Positions 43,582 to 52,459 of a stretch of DNA of 64,000 nucleotides are shown here, piece after piece. A program made the position numbers and the translations under genes. Origin of the DNA: Collinsella sp. (GTDB lineage: Bacteria > Actinomycetota > Coriobacteriia > Coriobacteriales > Coriobacteriaceae); the NCBI GenBank assembly GCA_048486575.1, contig DBFVZT010000090.1, forward strand, positions 35,564-99,563. Reading direction: 5' to 3'. Position 1 is the first letter of the stretch; every line of letters begins with the position of its first letter. A model generated the notes under the pieces. That model did no database searches. It saw only the letters and a list, made by a program, of their open reading frames with translations, and had not been told where the DNA came from.

Positions 43582-44838
43582 ATGGCATTGCAATTTACAG
43601 AGCGCGAGTTCATTCCCGTGCTGCTCGGTGGCGACATCAACGCCTATTCGGTGGCGCGCGCCTTCTACGAAGAGTATCAGGTCAAGAGCCTGGTCTTTGG
43701 CAAGTATCAGACGGGCCCTGCGTATCGAAGCCAGATTATCGACTACACGCCCAATGTCGACATCGATACCATGCCCTTGATGCTCAAGACCGTCAACGAT
43801 ATCGCTCGGGCACATGCCGATAAGACGATCGTCCTGATGGGCTGCGGCGATAACTATGTTGCCCTGGTGGCCCAGGCAAAGGATGCCGATGAGCTGGCGG
43901 ATAACATCGTTGCGCCCTATGCACCCTACAGCATGCTCGAGCAGTGCCAGAAGAAGGAGATCTTCTACGAGCTGTGCGAGAAGCACGGCGTGCCGTATCC
44001 GCACACCTTTACCTTTACTGCGCAGATGCTCAATGCGCAAGGCGAGGCGCCGGCCGAAGTGCTCGACCAGATCGACTTCCCGTTCCCGATGATCCTGAAG
44101 CCGTCCGACGGCATCATGTGGTGGCAGCATGAGTTCGAGGGCCAGAAGAAGGCTTATGAGATTGCCGATCGCGCTGAGCTGGAGCAGGTTATCCGTGACT
44201 CCTATGCCAGCGGCTACACCGACGACCTGATCTTGCAGGACCGCGTGCCCGGCAACGACGAGTACATGCGCGTGCTCACCAGCTATTCCGATCGCAACGG
44301 TAAGGTACGCATGATGTGCCTGGGCCACGTGCTGCTCGAGGAACATCAGCCCCATGGCGTTGGCAACCATGCCTGTATCATCACCGAGCCCAATGACGAG
44401 CTTATGGGTGGCGTGCGCAAGCTGCTCGAGGACCTTCACTTTGTGGGCTATTCCAACTTTGACGTGAAGTATGACGAGCGCGATGGCTCGTTTAAGTTCT
44501 TCGACTTCAACACCCGCCAGGGCCGCAGCAACTACTATGTCACCAATAGCGGCTTTAACGTTGCCAAGTACGTGGTAGACGAGTACGTGTTCAACCGCCC
44601 GTTTGAGCCAGAGTTTGTGACGGCGCAGGACGAGGCACTGTGGATGGTCGTCCCCATGGGCGTCGTCGACAAGTATGTCAAGGATCCCGAGCTGCGCGCT
44701 AAGGTGCATCGCTTGGATAGGGAGGGCAAGGGGGCCGACCCTTCGTTTATGAAGGGCGACTTTGTCTTTAACCGCTGGCTGCGCATGTGGCACACCAAGC
44801 TGCGTCACTTTAAGCTGTTCAAGACGTATTACAAGTAG
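43582..44838 (+). CDS. D-aspartate ligase (ATP-grasp carboxylate-amine ligase)
   Basis: PVLLGGDINAYSVARAF, GNH.CII, GYSNFDVKYDERDG, RQGRS; adjacent racemase. Confidence 0.85.
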   Translation: MALQFTEREFIPVLLGGDINAYSVARAFYEEYQVKSLVFGKYQTGPAYRSQIIDYTPNVDIDTMPLMLKTVNDIARAHADKTIVLMGCGDNYVALVAQAKDADELADNIVAPYAPYSMLEQCQKKEIFYELCEKHGVPYPHTFTFTAQMLNAQGEAPAEVLDQIDFPFPMILKPSDGIMWWQHEFEGQKKAYEIADRAELEQVIRDSYASGYTDDLILQDRVPGNDEYMRVLTSYSDRNGKVRMMCLGHVLLEEHQPHGVGNHACIITEPNDELMGGVRKLLEDLHFVGYSNFDVKYDERDGSFKFFDFNTRQGRSNYYVTNSGFNVAKYVVDEYVFNRPFEPEFVTAQDEALWMVVPMGVVDKYVKDPELRAKVHRLDREGKGADPSFMKGDFVFNRWLRMWHTKLRHFKLFKTYYK

Positions 44839-44922
44839 ATGAGTGCGGCGCCCGTCCGGTTTACATCGGGCGGGCGCGGGTATGATACGCGCAATTGCGC
44901 AAGCGTCACCAAGGAGGCGGCG

Positions 44923-45669
44923 ATGGAAAAGCTGGGAGTTATCGGCGGCATGGGCGCCGAGGCCACGTCGTATTACTACGACCAGGTGGTGCGCCATACG
45001 GCCGCCACGTGCGACCAGGAACATATCGACATGGTGGTGCTTTCCAAGTCGACCATGCCCGACCGCACGCTGGCCATCAAGACCGGTGAGCATGCCGAGC
45101 TGCTGGCGACCATGAAGGAGTGCGCCCAGGCGCTCGAATCGCTGGGCTGTGCGCACATTGCCATTCCCTGCAATACGTCACACTACTTCTACGATCAGAT
45201 CCAGTCGTTTACGACGGTGCCGATTATCCACATGCCGCGCGAGTCGGTGCGCTATGCTCTGGCCGGTGCGGTGATGGGGGAGTGCGAGTTCGATCCCAAC
45301 CTAAGCATGCCGGCAGAGCCGGTGCGCAAGATCGGCATCATGGGCACCGACGGAACCGTGGGCGCGGGCGTCTATGGGCGCGAATGCGAGGCTGCGGGCG
45401 TCGAGGTCGTCTACCCCAGCGAGAAGCGTCAGGCCGACGTGATGTCGCTCATCTACGACGACGTGAAGGCCGGACGCGAGCCCGATATGGACAAGTTCGA
45501 CCGCGTGATGTGGGAGTTCGCCCGCAGCGGCTGCGACCGCGTTATTCTGGCCTGCACCGAGCTCTCGGTGCTGCAGAAGTACCGCGAGATGCCCGAGATC
45601 ACCCTCGACGCCATGGACGTCTTGGTACGCGAATCCATCATTCGCAGCGGCGCCCCCTACCGCCAATAG
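44923..45669 (+). CDS. Aspartate racemase
   Basis: LGVIGGMG, PDRT, PCNTSH, ACTEL (two catalytic Cys); AAGGAGG RBS. Confidence 0.88.
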   Translation: MEKLGVIGGMGAEATSYYYDQVVRHTAATCDQEHIDMVVLSKSTMPDRTLAIKTGEHAELLATMKECAQALESLGCAHIAIPCNTSHYFYDQIQSFTTVPIIHMPRESVRYALAGAVMGECEFDPNLSMPAEPVRKIGIMGTDGTVGAGVYGRECEAAGVEVVYPSEKRQADVMSLIYDDVKAGREPDMDKFDRVMWEFARSGCDRVILACTELSVLQKYREMPEITLDAMDVLVRESIIRSGAPYRQ

Positions 45670-45729
45670 CCCTTAACCTGCCAAAAAGGGACAGGTATAT
45701 TTTGGTAGGTTTTTATCTGGGGAAACAGT

Positions 45730-45767
45730 AAAGGCCTCGGCTCGTTTGGTGCGAGCCGAGGCCTTTT
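45730..45767. terminator. Bidirectional terminator
   Basis: AAAGGCCTCGGCTCG...CGAGCCGAGGCCTTTT. Confidence 0.75.
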
Positions 45768-45795
45768 ACGTTGGGCGGTTGCTGTCGGTGGTGAA

Positions 45796-46542
45796 CTAGA
45801 ACAGGAAGCCGATGGCGATGAGGGCGATGCTGACGATGAGCACGGCGATGTCCAGGCCCTTGATGGGATAGCGCTTGTACGAGCTGGCGCGTGTGCGCAG
45901 GTAGAAGCCGCGCTGCTCGGCGGCAAGCGCGGTGGCGTCTGTCTTGCCCACGCTCGAGATAAGCAGCGGCACGCATAGCGGCAGCATGAGCTTTAGCTTC
46001 TTGATGGGGTTCTTGGTGTCGTACTCGACGCCGCGTGCGGTCTGTGCCTCCATGATGGCGTTCATCTCCTGACCAAACACCGGTACAAAGCGCAGCGCCG
46101 TGGTAAAGGTGAAGGCATAGCGATACGGCACGTGCAGCACCTCGACGCAGGCGTTGGCAAGGTCGTTGAGCTTGGTCACCATGAGCATCAGGATGAGCGG
46201 AAGCGCCACGCCCAGCAGGCGCAGGCAGGCCTTCGATCCTGTGATGAGGCCCGTGTCGGTGATAAAGCCCCACACCACGTTGCCATCGCGCATAAAGGCC
46301 AGCTGGAGCACCAGCATGATAAGCGCGAGCGGAATCAGCAACTTGAGCAGCGAGAACAGACGGTCGACGACGCCGGCGTAAGCTCCCAGTGCGAGCGTGA
46401 GCGCCAGAAAGCCCAGCAGCGCCACGTAGGTGTCGGACAAAAAGATGCCGATGATGATGGCGGCGGCGAGGCCCAGTTTGACGACGGGGTTCAGGCGATG
46501 CAGCAGTGTGTCGCCCGGCATGTAGTCGATGACGTTAACCAC
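45796..46542 (-). CDS. ecfT: ECF transporter T component
   Basis: LHRLNP..K, ALRFVP, AQTARG, AEQRGF. Confidence 0.9.
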   Translation of the reverse strand: MVNVIDYMPGDTLLHRLNPVVKLGLAAAIIIGIFLSDTYVALLGFLALTLALGAYAGVVDRLFSLLKLLIPLALIMLVLQLAFMRDGNVVWGFITDTGLITGSKACLRLLGVALPLILMLMVTKLNDLANACVEVLHVPYRYAFTFTTALRFVPVFGQEMNAIMEAQTARGVEYDTKNPIKKLKLMLPLCVPLLISSVGKTDATALAAEQRGFYLRTRASSYKRYPIKGLDIAVLIVSIALIAIGFLF

Positions 46543-48286
46543 GGCGGACCATCTCCTTGGTAATTCGAACGATATCGGTGACTTCGCTCACCTTCGCAAA
46601 AGCGGGCGAGACGGAGGACGCCAGACGGCGCGAGAGTTCGATGACCTGGGGCGGCTCAACGTAGGCATGCTGCATGAGCTCGATGTTCGAGAATAGCTCG
46701 TGCGTGCGGCCGCGGTCGAGGATACGACCGTCGGCCATCACCACAATGCGCTCGGCAAAGTCGGAAACGACTTCCATATCGTGGCAGACCATGATGACGG
46801 CGCAACCGCGCTCGGCCATGGTGCGCACCGTTTCCATGACGGTCATGCACTCGCGGTAATCAAGGCCACTCGTGGGCTCGTCGAGCACGACGATCTTGGG
46901 CTCAACCACTACGACGGAGGCAAGCGCCACCATTTGTCGCTGACCGCGCGACAGCGAGAAAGGCGCCTCATCGGCGGGCAGACCAAAGCGGTCGATGACG
47001 AACTGGGCGCGACGCAGCGCCTCGGCGCGGTCGATGCCGGCAAGCTCCAGGCCAAAGGCGACCTCGTCGAGCACGGTGTCCTTGCAGATCTGGCGGTCGG
47101 GGTTTTGGAAGAGGGTCGCGACCTCGCGGGCGATGCGGCTCGTGGGGACGGTTGCAGTATCCAGTCCCGTGACGCGCACGCTGCCCGAGGCGGGCTTAAG
47201 CAGACCTGTGAGCAGCTTGGTGAGCGTGGTCTTGCCGGCGCCGTTTTGGCCGACGATGCCCACGAGCTCGCCAGGATAGAGCGTCAGGCTAAGGTCGTGT
47301 ACGGCGGCTCCGCCATTGGGATAGGCAAACTCAACATGGTCGAAGGCGAGTACGGGTTCGGCGTCCTTGGCATGAAGGCGCAACGACGGTGCATGCGGGG
47401 AACCGGCGGGCGCCTGGGCTTCGATAGCCGCGCGTGCTGGGTCGACGATGCCCGAAATCAGGCGCTCGGCCTCATCGACATCCAAGCAAGGGGTACCGCT
47501 TACTAGACCATCGGTTTCGAGGCTATTGAAGATACGCGTGACGCGAGGGCAGTCGACGCCGATGACACGAAGCTCGTTGGTATGCGCGAAGACCTCGTGT
47601 GGCTCGCCCTGCAGCGCGATTTCGCCATGGTTGAGCACGAGCACGCGGTTGCAGTACTCCGAGAGCAGGGCGACCTTTTGCTCAACGACGACGATGGTGA
47701 TTCCAAGTGCGCGGTTTGCCTCACGCAGCGTCTCGAAGACCAACGTGGAGCTGGCGGGGTCGAGTGCCGCGGTGGGCTCGTCTAGAACCAAGGCGCGCGG
47801 ACGCATGGCGAGGATGGCGGCGATGGCAACCTTTTGCTTTTGGCCGCCCGAAAGCGTGGCGATCTCGCGGTCACGCAGGTCGCTGATGCCGACGGTCTCG
47901 AGCGTCTCGCTCACACGTTGCTCGATCTGGTCGTGGGGAACGCCAAAGTTCTCCAGGCCAAAAAGCATCTCGTCCTCGACGACCGAGGCGACCATCTGCG
48001 TGTCGATATCTTGCAGCACACTGCCGACGATTTGCGATACGTCGGTCAGCGAGACCTCGCAGGTGTCGTGGCCGTCAACCATGACGGACCCAAAGAACGT
48101 GCCGGTGTAGTGGTGGGGCACAGCACCCGACAGACAGGCGGCAAGCGTGGACTTGCCGGCGCCCGAGGGCCCGATGATGCCGATGAAATCTCCCTTGTTC
48201 ACGCTGAGCGAGATGTGGCTGAGCGCCTGCTCGGTCTGCGTGCCATAGGAGAACGAGACATCGTCGACGTTGATGATCGTTTCCAT
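46535..48286 (-). CDS. ECF transporter fused double ATPase (A-A')
   Basis: GPSGAGKST/LSGGQKQ and GQNGAGKTT/LSRGQRQ. Confidence 0.92.
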   Translation of the reverse strand: METIINVDDVSFSYGTQTEQALSHISLSVNKGDFIGIIGPSGAGKSTLAACLSGAVPHHYTGTFFGSVMVDGHDTCEVSLTDVSQIVGSVLQDIDTQMVASVVEDEMLFGLENFGVPHDQIEQRVSETLETVGISDLRDREIATLSGGQKQKVAIAAILAMRPRALVLDEPTAALDPASSTLVFETLREANRALGITIVVVEQKVALLSEYCNRVLVLNHGEIALQGEPHEVFAHTNELRVIGVDCPRVTRIFNSLETDGLVSGTPCLDVDEAERLISGIVDPARAAIEAQAPAGSPHAPSLRLHAKDAEPVLAFDHVEFAYPNGGAAVHDLSLTLYPGELVGIVGQNGAGKTTLTKLLTGLLKPASGSVRVTGLDTATVPTSRIAREVATLFQNPDRQICKDTVLDEVAFGLELAGIDRAEALRRAQFVIDRFGLPADEAPFSLSRGQRQMVALASVVVVEPKIVVLDEPTSGLDYRECMTVMETVRTMAERGCAVIMVCHDMEVVSDFAERIVVMADGRILDRGRTHELFSNIELMQHAYVEPPQVIELSRRLASSVSPAFAKVSEVTDIVRITKEMVRRG

Positions 48287-48306
48287 GGATACCTTTCATA
48301 GTCATC

Positions 48307-48388
48307 GGGGACGTTCTTAAATGAATAGTCGTTTAAGAACGTCCCCAAAAGCTAGCTGTTTGGGACAGTCTTTGGTGATGGGGCCGCT
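48307..48388. repeat. 82-bp repeat copy 1, containing a 40-bp REP-like palindrome
   Basis: GGGGACGTTCTTAAATGA...TCGTTTAAGAACGTCCCC; 77/82 identical to 49034-49115. Confidence 0.9.
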
Positions 48389-48415
48389 ATCGTGCGGCCC
48401 GTTCATCATAACAGG

Positions 48416-48967
48416 CTATTTGCCGAGCACCTTGCGCAGGGGGAAGAAGAGCGCCTGGACCACGACGGCGTTAAATGCGGCAGTGCCGAGCACGATGGGC
48501 ACCTTGGCGAGCGCCGTGGGAAGCGCGGCGCCCATGATAACCGTGCCCAGGACGGCGAAGAGGGCACCCGAAACCAAGGTGGTGAGCAGACCGGCGATGA
48601 AGGGGTTGACCTTGCTGCCACCGATGTTGGACTTGACGAGCGCCGCCATGGTCACTGCGCCGGCAAGCTCGGTCACAAAGTTAAGGCCGGGGATGGACGT
48701 GGTGATCTGAATAACGGCGGCCGACAGGATGCCAAAGATGGCTGCCTGGGCAAAGCTCGCCTGCGTGAGTGCGATGGCCAGGGCATAGGCGGCAATGATG
48801 AACTGCGGTTTAATGCCCGTCGCGGCAAGCGCGTTGCCGACGGTCATGTTGAGGATAAAGCCGGCGGCAAGCAGGATGGCAAGCAAGACGAGCGAGGTGA
48901 TATCGAGGATGCCTTTGTCGGAAGCGGCGTTGGCAGAAATGGTACGAGCCTGAGCGTTGGTGGCCAT
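48416..48967 (-). CDS. ECF S component, TrpP-like (tryptophan)
   Basis: LLAILLAAGFILN, P.FII, hydrophobic 183 aa; downstream of a Trp attenuator. Confidence 0.8.
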   Translation of the reverse strand: MATNAQARTISANAASDKGILDITSLVLLAILLAAGFILNMTVGNALAATGIKPQFIIAAYALAIALTQASFAQAAIFGILSAAVIQITTSIPGLNFVTELAGAVTMAALVKSNIGGSKVNPFIAGLLTTLVSGALFAVLGTVIMGAALPTALAKVPIVLGTAAFNAVVVQALFFPLRKVLGK

Positions 48968-49033
48968 GGGAAGATCCTTTCGGAGGGAATTTTGATACAG
49001 CAGTGCTTAGACCTTCGGAGGAAGGTGGTCGTT

Positions 49034-49115
49034 GGGGACGTTCTTGAATGACTAGTCGTTTAAGAACGTCCCCAAAAGCTAGTTGTTTGGGACAGTCTTT
49101 GGGGACGGGGCCGCT
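49034..49115. repeat. 82-bp repeat copy 2
   Basis: See 48307-48388. Confidence 0.9.
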
Positions 49116-49120
49116 GCGGG

Positions 49121-49693
49121 TTAGTTGAGCTTCAGGGCCTTCTGGATGGGCAGGTAGAGAGCGCCGACCAGGATGGCGTTAAAGACGGCGGTCATGGCGA
49201 CGACGGGCAACATGGCAGCGGCGAGCTCGCCCACGACGCCGAGCATGGCCATCTTGATGACCATGAAGATGACGCCCGAGACAAAGGTGGTCACGAACGT
49301 TGCGACGATGGCGACGGCAGGCTTGACCTGGCCGTCCTTGGCAGCAGCGTTGACAATGACGGCCATGAGCATGGCGGCGATGCCCTCGGCGGCAAAATCG
49401 ACAAACGGCGAGGTGGTGGTGATCTGGATCACGGCGGCCGAGATCAGGCCGATAACGAGCGCCTGACCGATGTTGGGACGCACGACCAGGATGGTGAGGC
49501 AGAAGGCCGAGATAATGAACTCGGGGCTGATCATGCCGCCCGAGATGCCGGAGATGGCCTTGCCGACGGTGAAGTTGAGGATGAAGCCGGCGGCAAGCAG
49601 GATGGCGAGCAAGACGAGGGCGCGGACGTCGAGTTTGCCGCGGTCGGCGGTCTGGACGGTGCGGGGCTGGGCGGTGGTGGTGTTCTGAGACAT
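49121..49693 (-). CDS. ECF S component paralog, TrpP-like
   Basis: LVLLAILLAAGFILN shared with the neighbour; AAAGGA RBS before ATG 49693. Confidence 0.8.
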   Translation of the reverse strand: MSQNTTTAQPRTVQTADRGKLDVRALVLLAILLAAGFILNFTVGKAISGISGGMISPEFIISAFCLTILVVRPNIGQALVIGLISAAVIQITTTSPFVDFAAEGIAAMLMAVIVNAAAKDGQVKPAVAIVATFVTTFVSGVIFMVIKMAMLGVVGELAAAMLPVVAMTAVFNAILVGALYLPIQKALKLN

Positions 49694-49772
49694 GGTGAAA
49701 ATCCTTTCGGAAGGGAAGTGCAAGAGAAGAAAGCGGAGGCGCGTGATGCGAATGCGATCGGGCTCGAGATAG

Positions 49773-49804
49773 AAAAAGGCCCCCGGTCGAAACCGGAGGC
49801 CTTT
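49773..49804 (-). terminator. Attenuator terminator
   Basis: Minus strand AAAGGCCTCCGGT-ttcg-ACCGGGGGCCTTTTT. Confidence 0.88.
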
Positions 49805-49839
49805 CAATCACCTAGAGCGCAAAAACAGGCGTGAGGGAC

Positions 49840-49908
49840 TCACTGTCGACCGATCGTATTCGCATCACGCCACCACCAGTTGTTGAGAGACGTCATCGTG
49901 TTCTTCAT
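49840..49908 (-). CDS. Tryptophan leader peptide MKNTMTSLNNWWWRDANTIGRQ
   Basis: AAAGGAG RBS, three tandem TGG codons, terminator 36 nt downstream of the stop. Confidence 0.88.
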   Translation of the reverse strand: MKNTMTSLNNWWWRDANTIGRQ

Positions 49909-50086
49909 GTTGGTGGCTCCTTTCGTGATGCCGTGGTGCGGTCGCACCTATTTGCTGTTGCGCTGCACTATAGCACAGCGAAGTGTGTACTGGGAAATCT
50001 TTTTTGAAAAGATTTCAGCGGTGTTTCCCACTGGTCAAAAAGGCAGGCGGGACGAACCGTGCCATCCTGCCCGCACCAGTGAGGGA

Positions 50087-52051
50087 TTACTCCTTGTTGC
50101 GGCGATAGAGGATATAACCGCCTGCGGAGATGACGGCAACGCCAGCGATGGCGAATGCGGCCACCATGCGGCCATCAAAACGATCGCCAGTGGTGGGCAG
50201 GCCGCCCTTGGTGTTCGTCTTGTTGGTGGTTACCGTGGTCGTGGTGTTGTCCGACTTGCCAGGCTTCTCAGGCTTGACAGCGGGCTGCTCGGGCTTAGTG
50301 GGCTGCTCAGGCTGCTCGGGGGTGCTGGGCTGTTCGGGCTTGCCGGGCTGCTCGGGAGTGCCGGGCTGATCCGGGGTGACCGGGTCGGTGGCAAGGGCGT
50401 CCTTGGCGTAGGTGATGGACTCCTTGAGGCCCTTGGTCTCGGTGTTCAGGTCGCTCGGGGTGAAGCGCTCGTCAAAGTTTCCGGCCTTCTGATAAGCGCG
50501 CATCTCCTGGAGCAGGGCCTTGCACTTCTTGTAGGTGTTCTCGGTGGCAGCCTTGCCTGCCTTGTTGGCCAGAGCGGTGCGACCCTCGGTGGTCGTCTCG
50601 GCCAGCATAGCGGCGTCAACTTCCTTGTTCTGCTCGATGAGCTCGTTCTGGAGCGCGTCGAGGTAGGTGCGGACACTGGTACCAAGGGTGTCAGGGTTCT
50701 CAAAGCAGAGCGAGCTGATGTCCATGAGGACGTAGTTAATGGAGTTCTCGGGCTCCTCGTTGTACACGACGTCTTTCGCATTGCAGTGGTCGAAGGAGAC
50801 GGTCTGATCGCTGAAGTAGGGGCTAACTTCAGTTATCAGAGCGGAGTACAGCGGGATGGCGACAGAGTACGCGGCACGGGAGAGCATTTCCCACTGGATG
50901 GTAGCGACTTCGGGATCATACCCGCGACGAATCTGGAAGAGATTGATCTCGGTGTTGCGCTCGCTGCCGATGCAATAAACGCCATCAGTGTTCGCGTTGA
51001 GACCAGGGACGTTCTCTCCGCGGTTGCCGAAGGCACGAATCAGCTCAAAGGTGCTCCAACCAGACTTGCCAGGCTTGAAGAACAGAGGCTGGATTTCGCT
51101 GACCATAGCTCCCTTTTGGACGGGTTTTCCATCCTTATCGGTGATAGTTTTAATTTCGTAATCCGTGCCTTCGGTCAGCTGACTAGCAAAATAATGGCGG
51201 CCTTGCACATAGCGGGACCATTGGTTAACGCCAGAATCGGCGAGGCTTTCGCCATACGTTTGGGCGACATCGAATTTACCGTCAGCGGAGTATTTGGCGA
51301 AACCCTTCTCCACGGGCATGGACTCGATGTCCTTGGAGTGCAGGCAGTTCTCAGTATCGTTCAGGTCGACATCGTAGTTGAGGCTGCCGATGTTGGGGTT
51401 GAGTGAGGCGACGTCGTCGGCCAGCTTCATGGCAATCCATTGATGGGCAGAAAGCGTGGCGAACAGCCAGGTCTCGTTGTTGTCGGCGATAATGATCTGG
51501 TCGTTAGTGCAAGTGCCCTGCTCGTCGATCAGGCTGCCGAGGAGCTCGACGCCCTCGCGGGCATTGGCGCTCTGGCCCAGGATGACGCTGCCGTAGCTGT
51601 ACTCGCCGATGCCGGTAGCCTCATCGATTGGGTCTGCTGCTTTGGCATCCTCGTTATAGGAGGTGCTCAGCGTAGCGGAGCAAGAGACACCCTTCTCGTT
51701 GATACCGGCTTCGGAGTAGGCGTCGGTGTGGCCCTCCCAATTGGAGGGATGGTCACGTACGTAGCTGTAGCGATATGTAGGCTTATTCGAAGTGTATTCG
51801 AAAGCAGACTCATTCGAGCTGTACGTAAAGCCGGCTTCGTGGGCGGGTTCGATGCCATAGTGCTTGAGATAGCGCTTGCCAAAGTCCTCGGCACGGCCAT
51901 AGTACGTGTTGCCGTCGGCCGTTAGATCTTTGCCCATGTACATCTGCGTGCAGGCGAGCGCAGAGGTCGGCATGGACATGATGGTTGCGGCTCCAAAGGC
52001 GAGGCCTATGCCCAGCTTTTTGAGCGCGTTGACGGGGTGAGTTTTCCTCAT
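50087..52051 (-). CDS. Sortase-anchored C69-family (Ntn) dipeptidase
   Basis: Signal peptide ALA|CT, GRAED, EAGINEKGV, IADNNETW; PEQP repeats; LPTTG, TM, RRNKE. Confidence 0.88.
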   Translation of the reverse strand: MRKTHPVNALKKLGIGLAFGAATIMSMPTSALACTQMYMGKDLTADGNTYYGRAEDFGKRYLKHYGIEPAHEAGFTYSSNESAFEYTSNKPTYRYSYVRDHPSNWEGHTDAYSEAGINEKGVSCSATLSTSYNEDAKAADPIDEATGIGEYSYGSVILGQSANAREGVELLGSLIDEQGTCTNDQIIIADNNETWLFATLSAHQWIAMKLADDVASLNPNIGSLNYDVDLNDTENCLHSKDIESMPVEKGFAKYSADGKFDVAQTYGESLADSGVNQWSRYVQGRHYFASQLTEGTDYEIKTITDKDGKPVQKGAMVSEIQPLFFKPGKSGWSTFELIRAFGNRGENVPGLNANTDGVYCIGSERNTEINLFQIRRGYDPEVATIQWEMLSRAAYSVAIPLYSALITEVSPYFSDQTVSFDHCNAKDVVYNEEPENSINYVLMDISSLCFENPDTLGTSVRTYLDALQNELIEQNKEVDAAMLAETTTEGRTALANKAGKAATENTYKKCKALLQEMRAYQKAGNFDERFTPSDLNTETKGLKESITYAKDALATDPVTPDQPGTPEQPGKPEQPSTPEQPEQPTKPEQPAVKPEKPGKSDNTTTTVTTNKTNTKGGLPTTGDRFDGRMVAAFAIAGVAVISAGGYILYRRNKE

Positions 52052-52280
52052 AATCCCTCCCAGCGTGCGAAAGCCCTCTGTCGCCAGAGGGCTTCAGCCA
52101 ATAAAGACACTCCCTTAGCGTAACGAATCGGAAACAATATTCATCTATGAAAAATACTTACTCGATAAGCGTAATGAAATATACGATGAGCGGTTAATTA
52201 TACTCAGTCTGTAGCTTTAGCCAAATAAAGACGCCCTGCAATTACTGCATCTGGATAAAGCGTCTGGAAATACCGAAATG

Positions 52281-52323
52281 AAAAATCCCCCGCTGTTTGG
52301 CAAATGCATAAACAGCGGGGGAG
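52281..52323 (-). terminator. Terminator after the DAG kinase / small ORF
   Basis: TCCCCCGCTGTTT / AAACAGCGGGGGA with a T-tract on the minus strand. Confidence 0.75.
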
Positions 52324-52357
52324 ACGATAATCGGATGAATATCATACCAATGTGGAA

Positions 52358-52450
52358 TTATTTCTTCCGGCGGTGGATTACATTGATCGCATAGCCTACG
52401 AGCATGGCTAGAACAATGACGATAAAGCCGAGCAGGGGATTGTCGTTCAT
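52358..52450 (-). CDS. 30-aa single-TM small protein MNDNPLLGFIVIVLAMLVGYAINVIHRRKK
   Basis: AGGAGG RBS overlapping the upstream stop; hydrophobic core and basic tail; lies before the terminator. Confidence 0.65.
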   Translation of the reverse strand: MNDNPLLGFIVIVLAMLVGYAINVIHRRKK

Positions 52451-52459
52451 GGGGTCCTC

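Noticed and set aside
48307..49115. CRISPR array
   Set aside because: Only two copies separated by a whole gene; no spacers or cas genes.
50270..50390. Short tandem DNA repeats
   Set aside because: Explained by the PEQP/KPEQ cell-wall stalk of the peptidase.
49880..51406. Long antisense ORFs (also 43564-45156, 28038-29303, 59958-61157, 61346-62464 and others)
   Set aside because: Shadow frames of high-GC genes with no motifs of their own.
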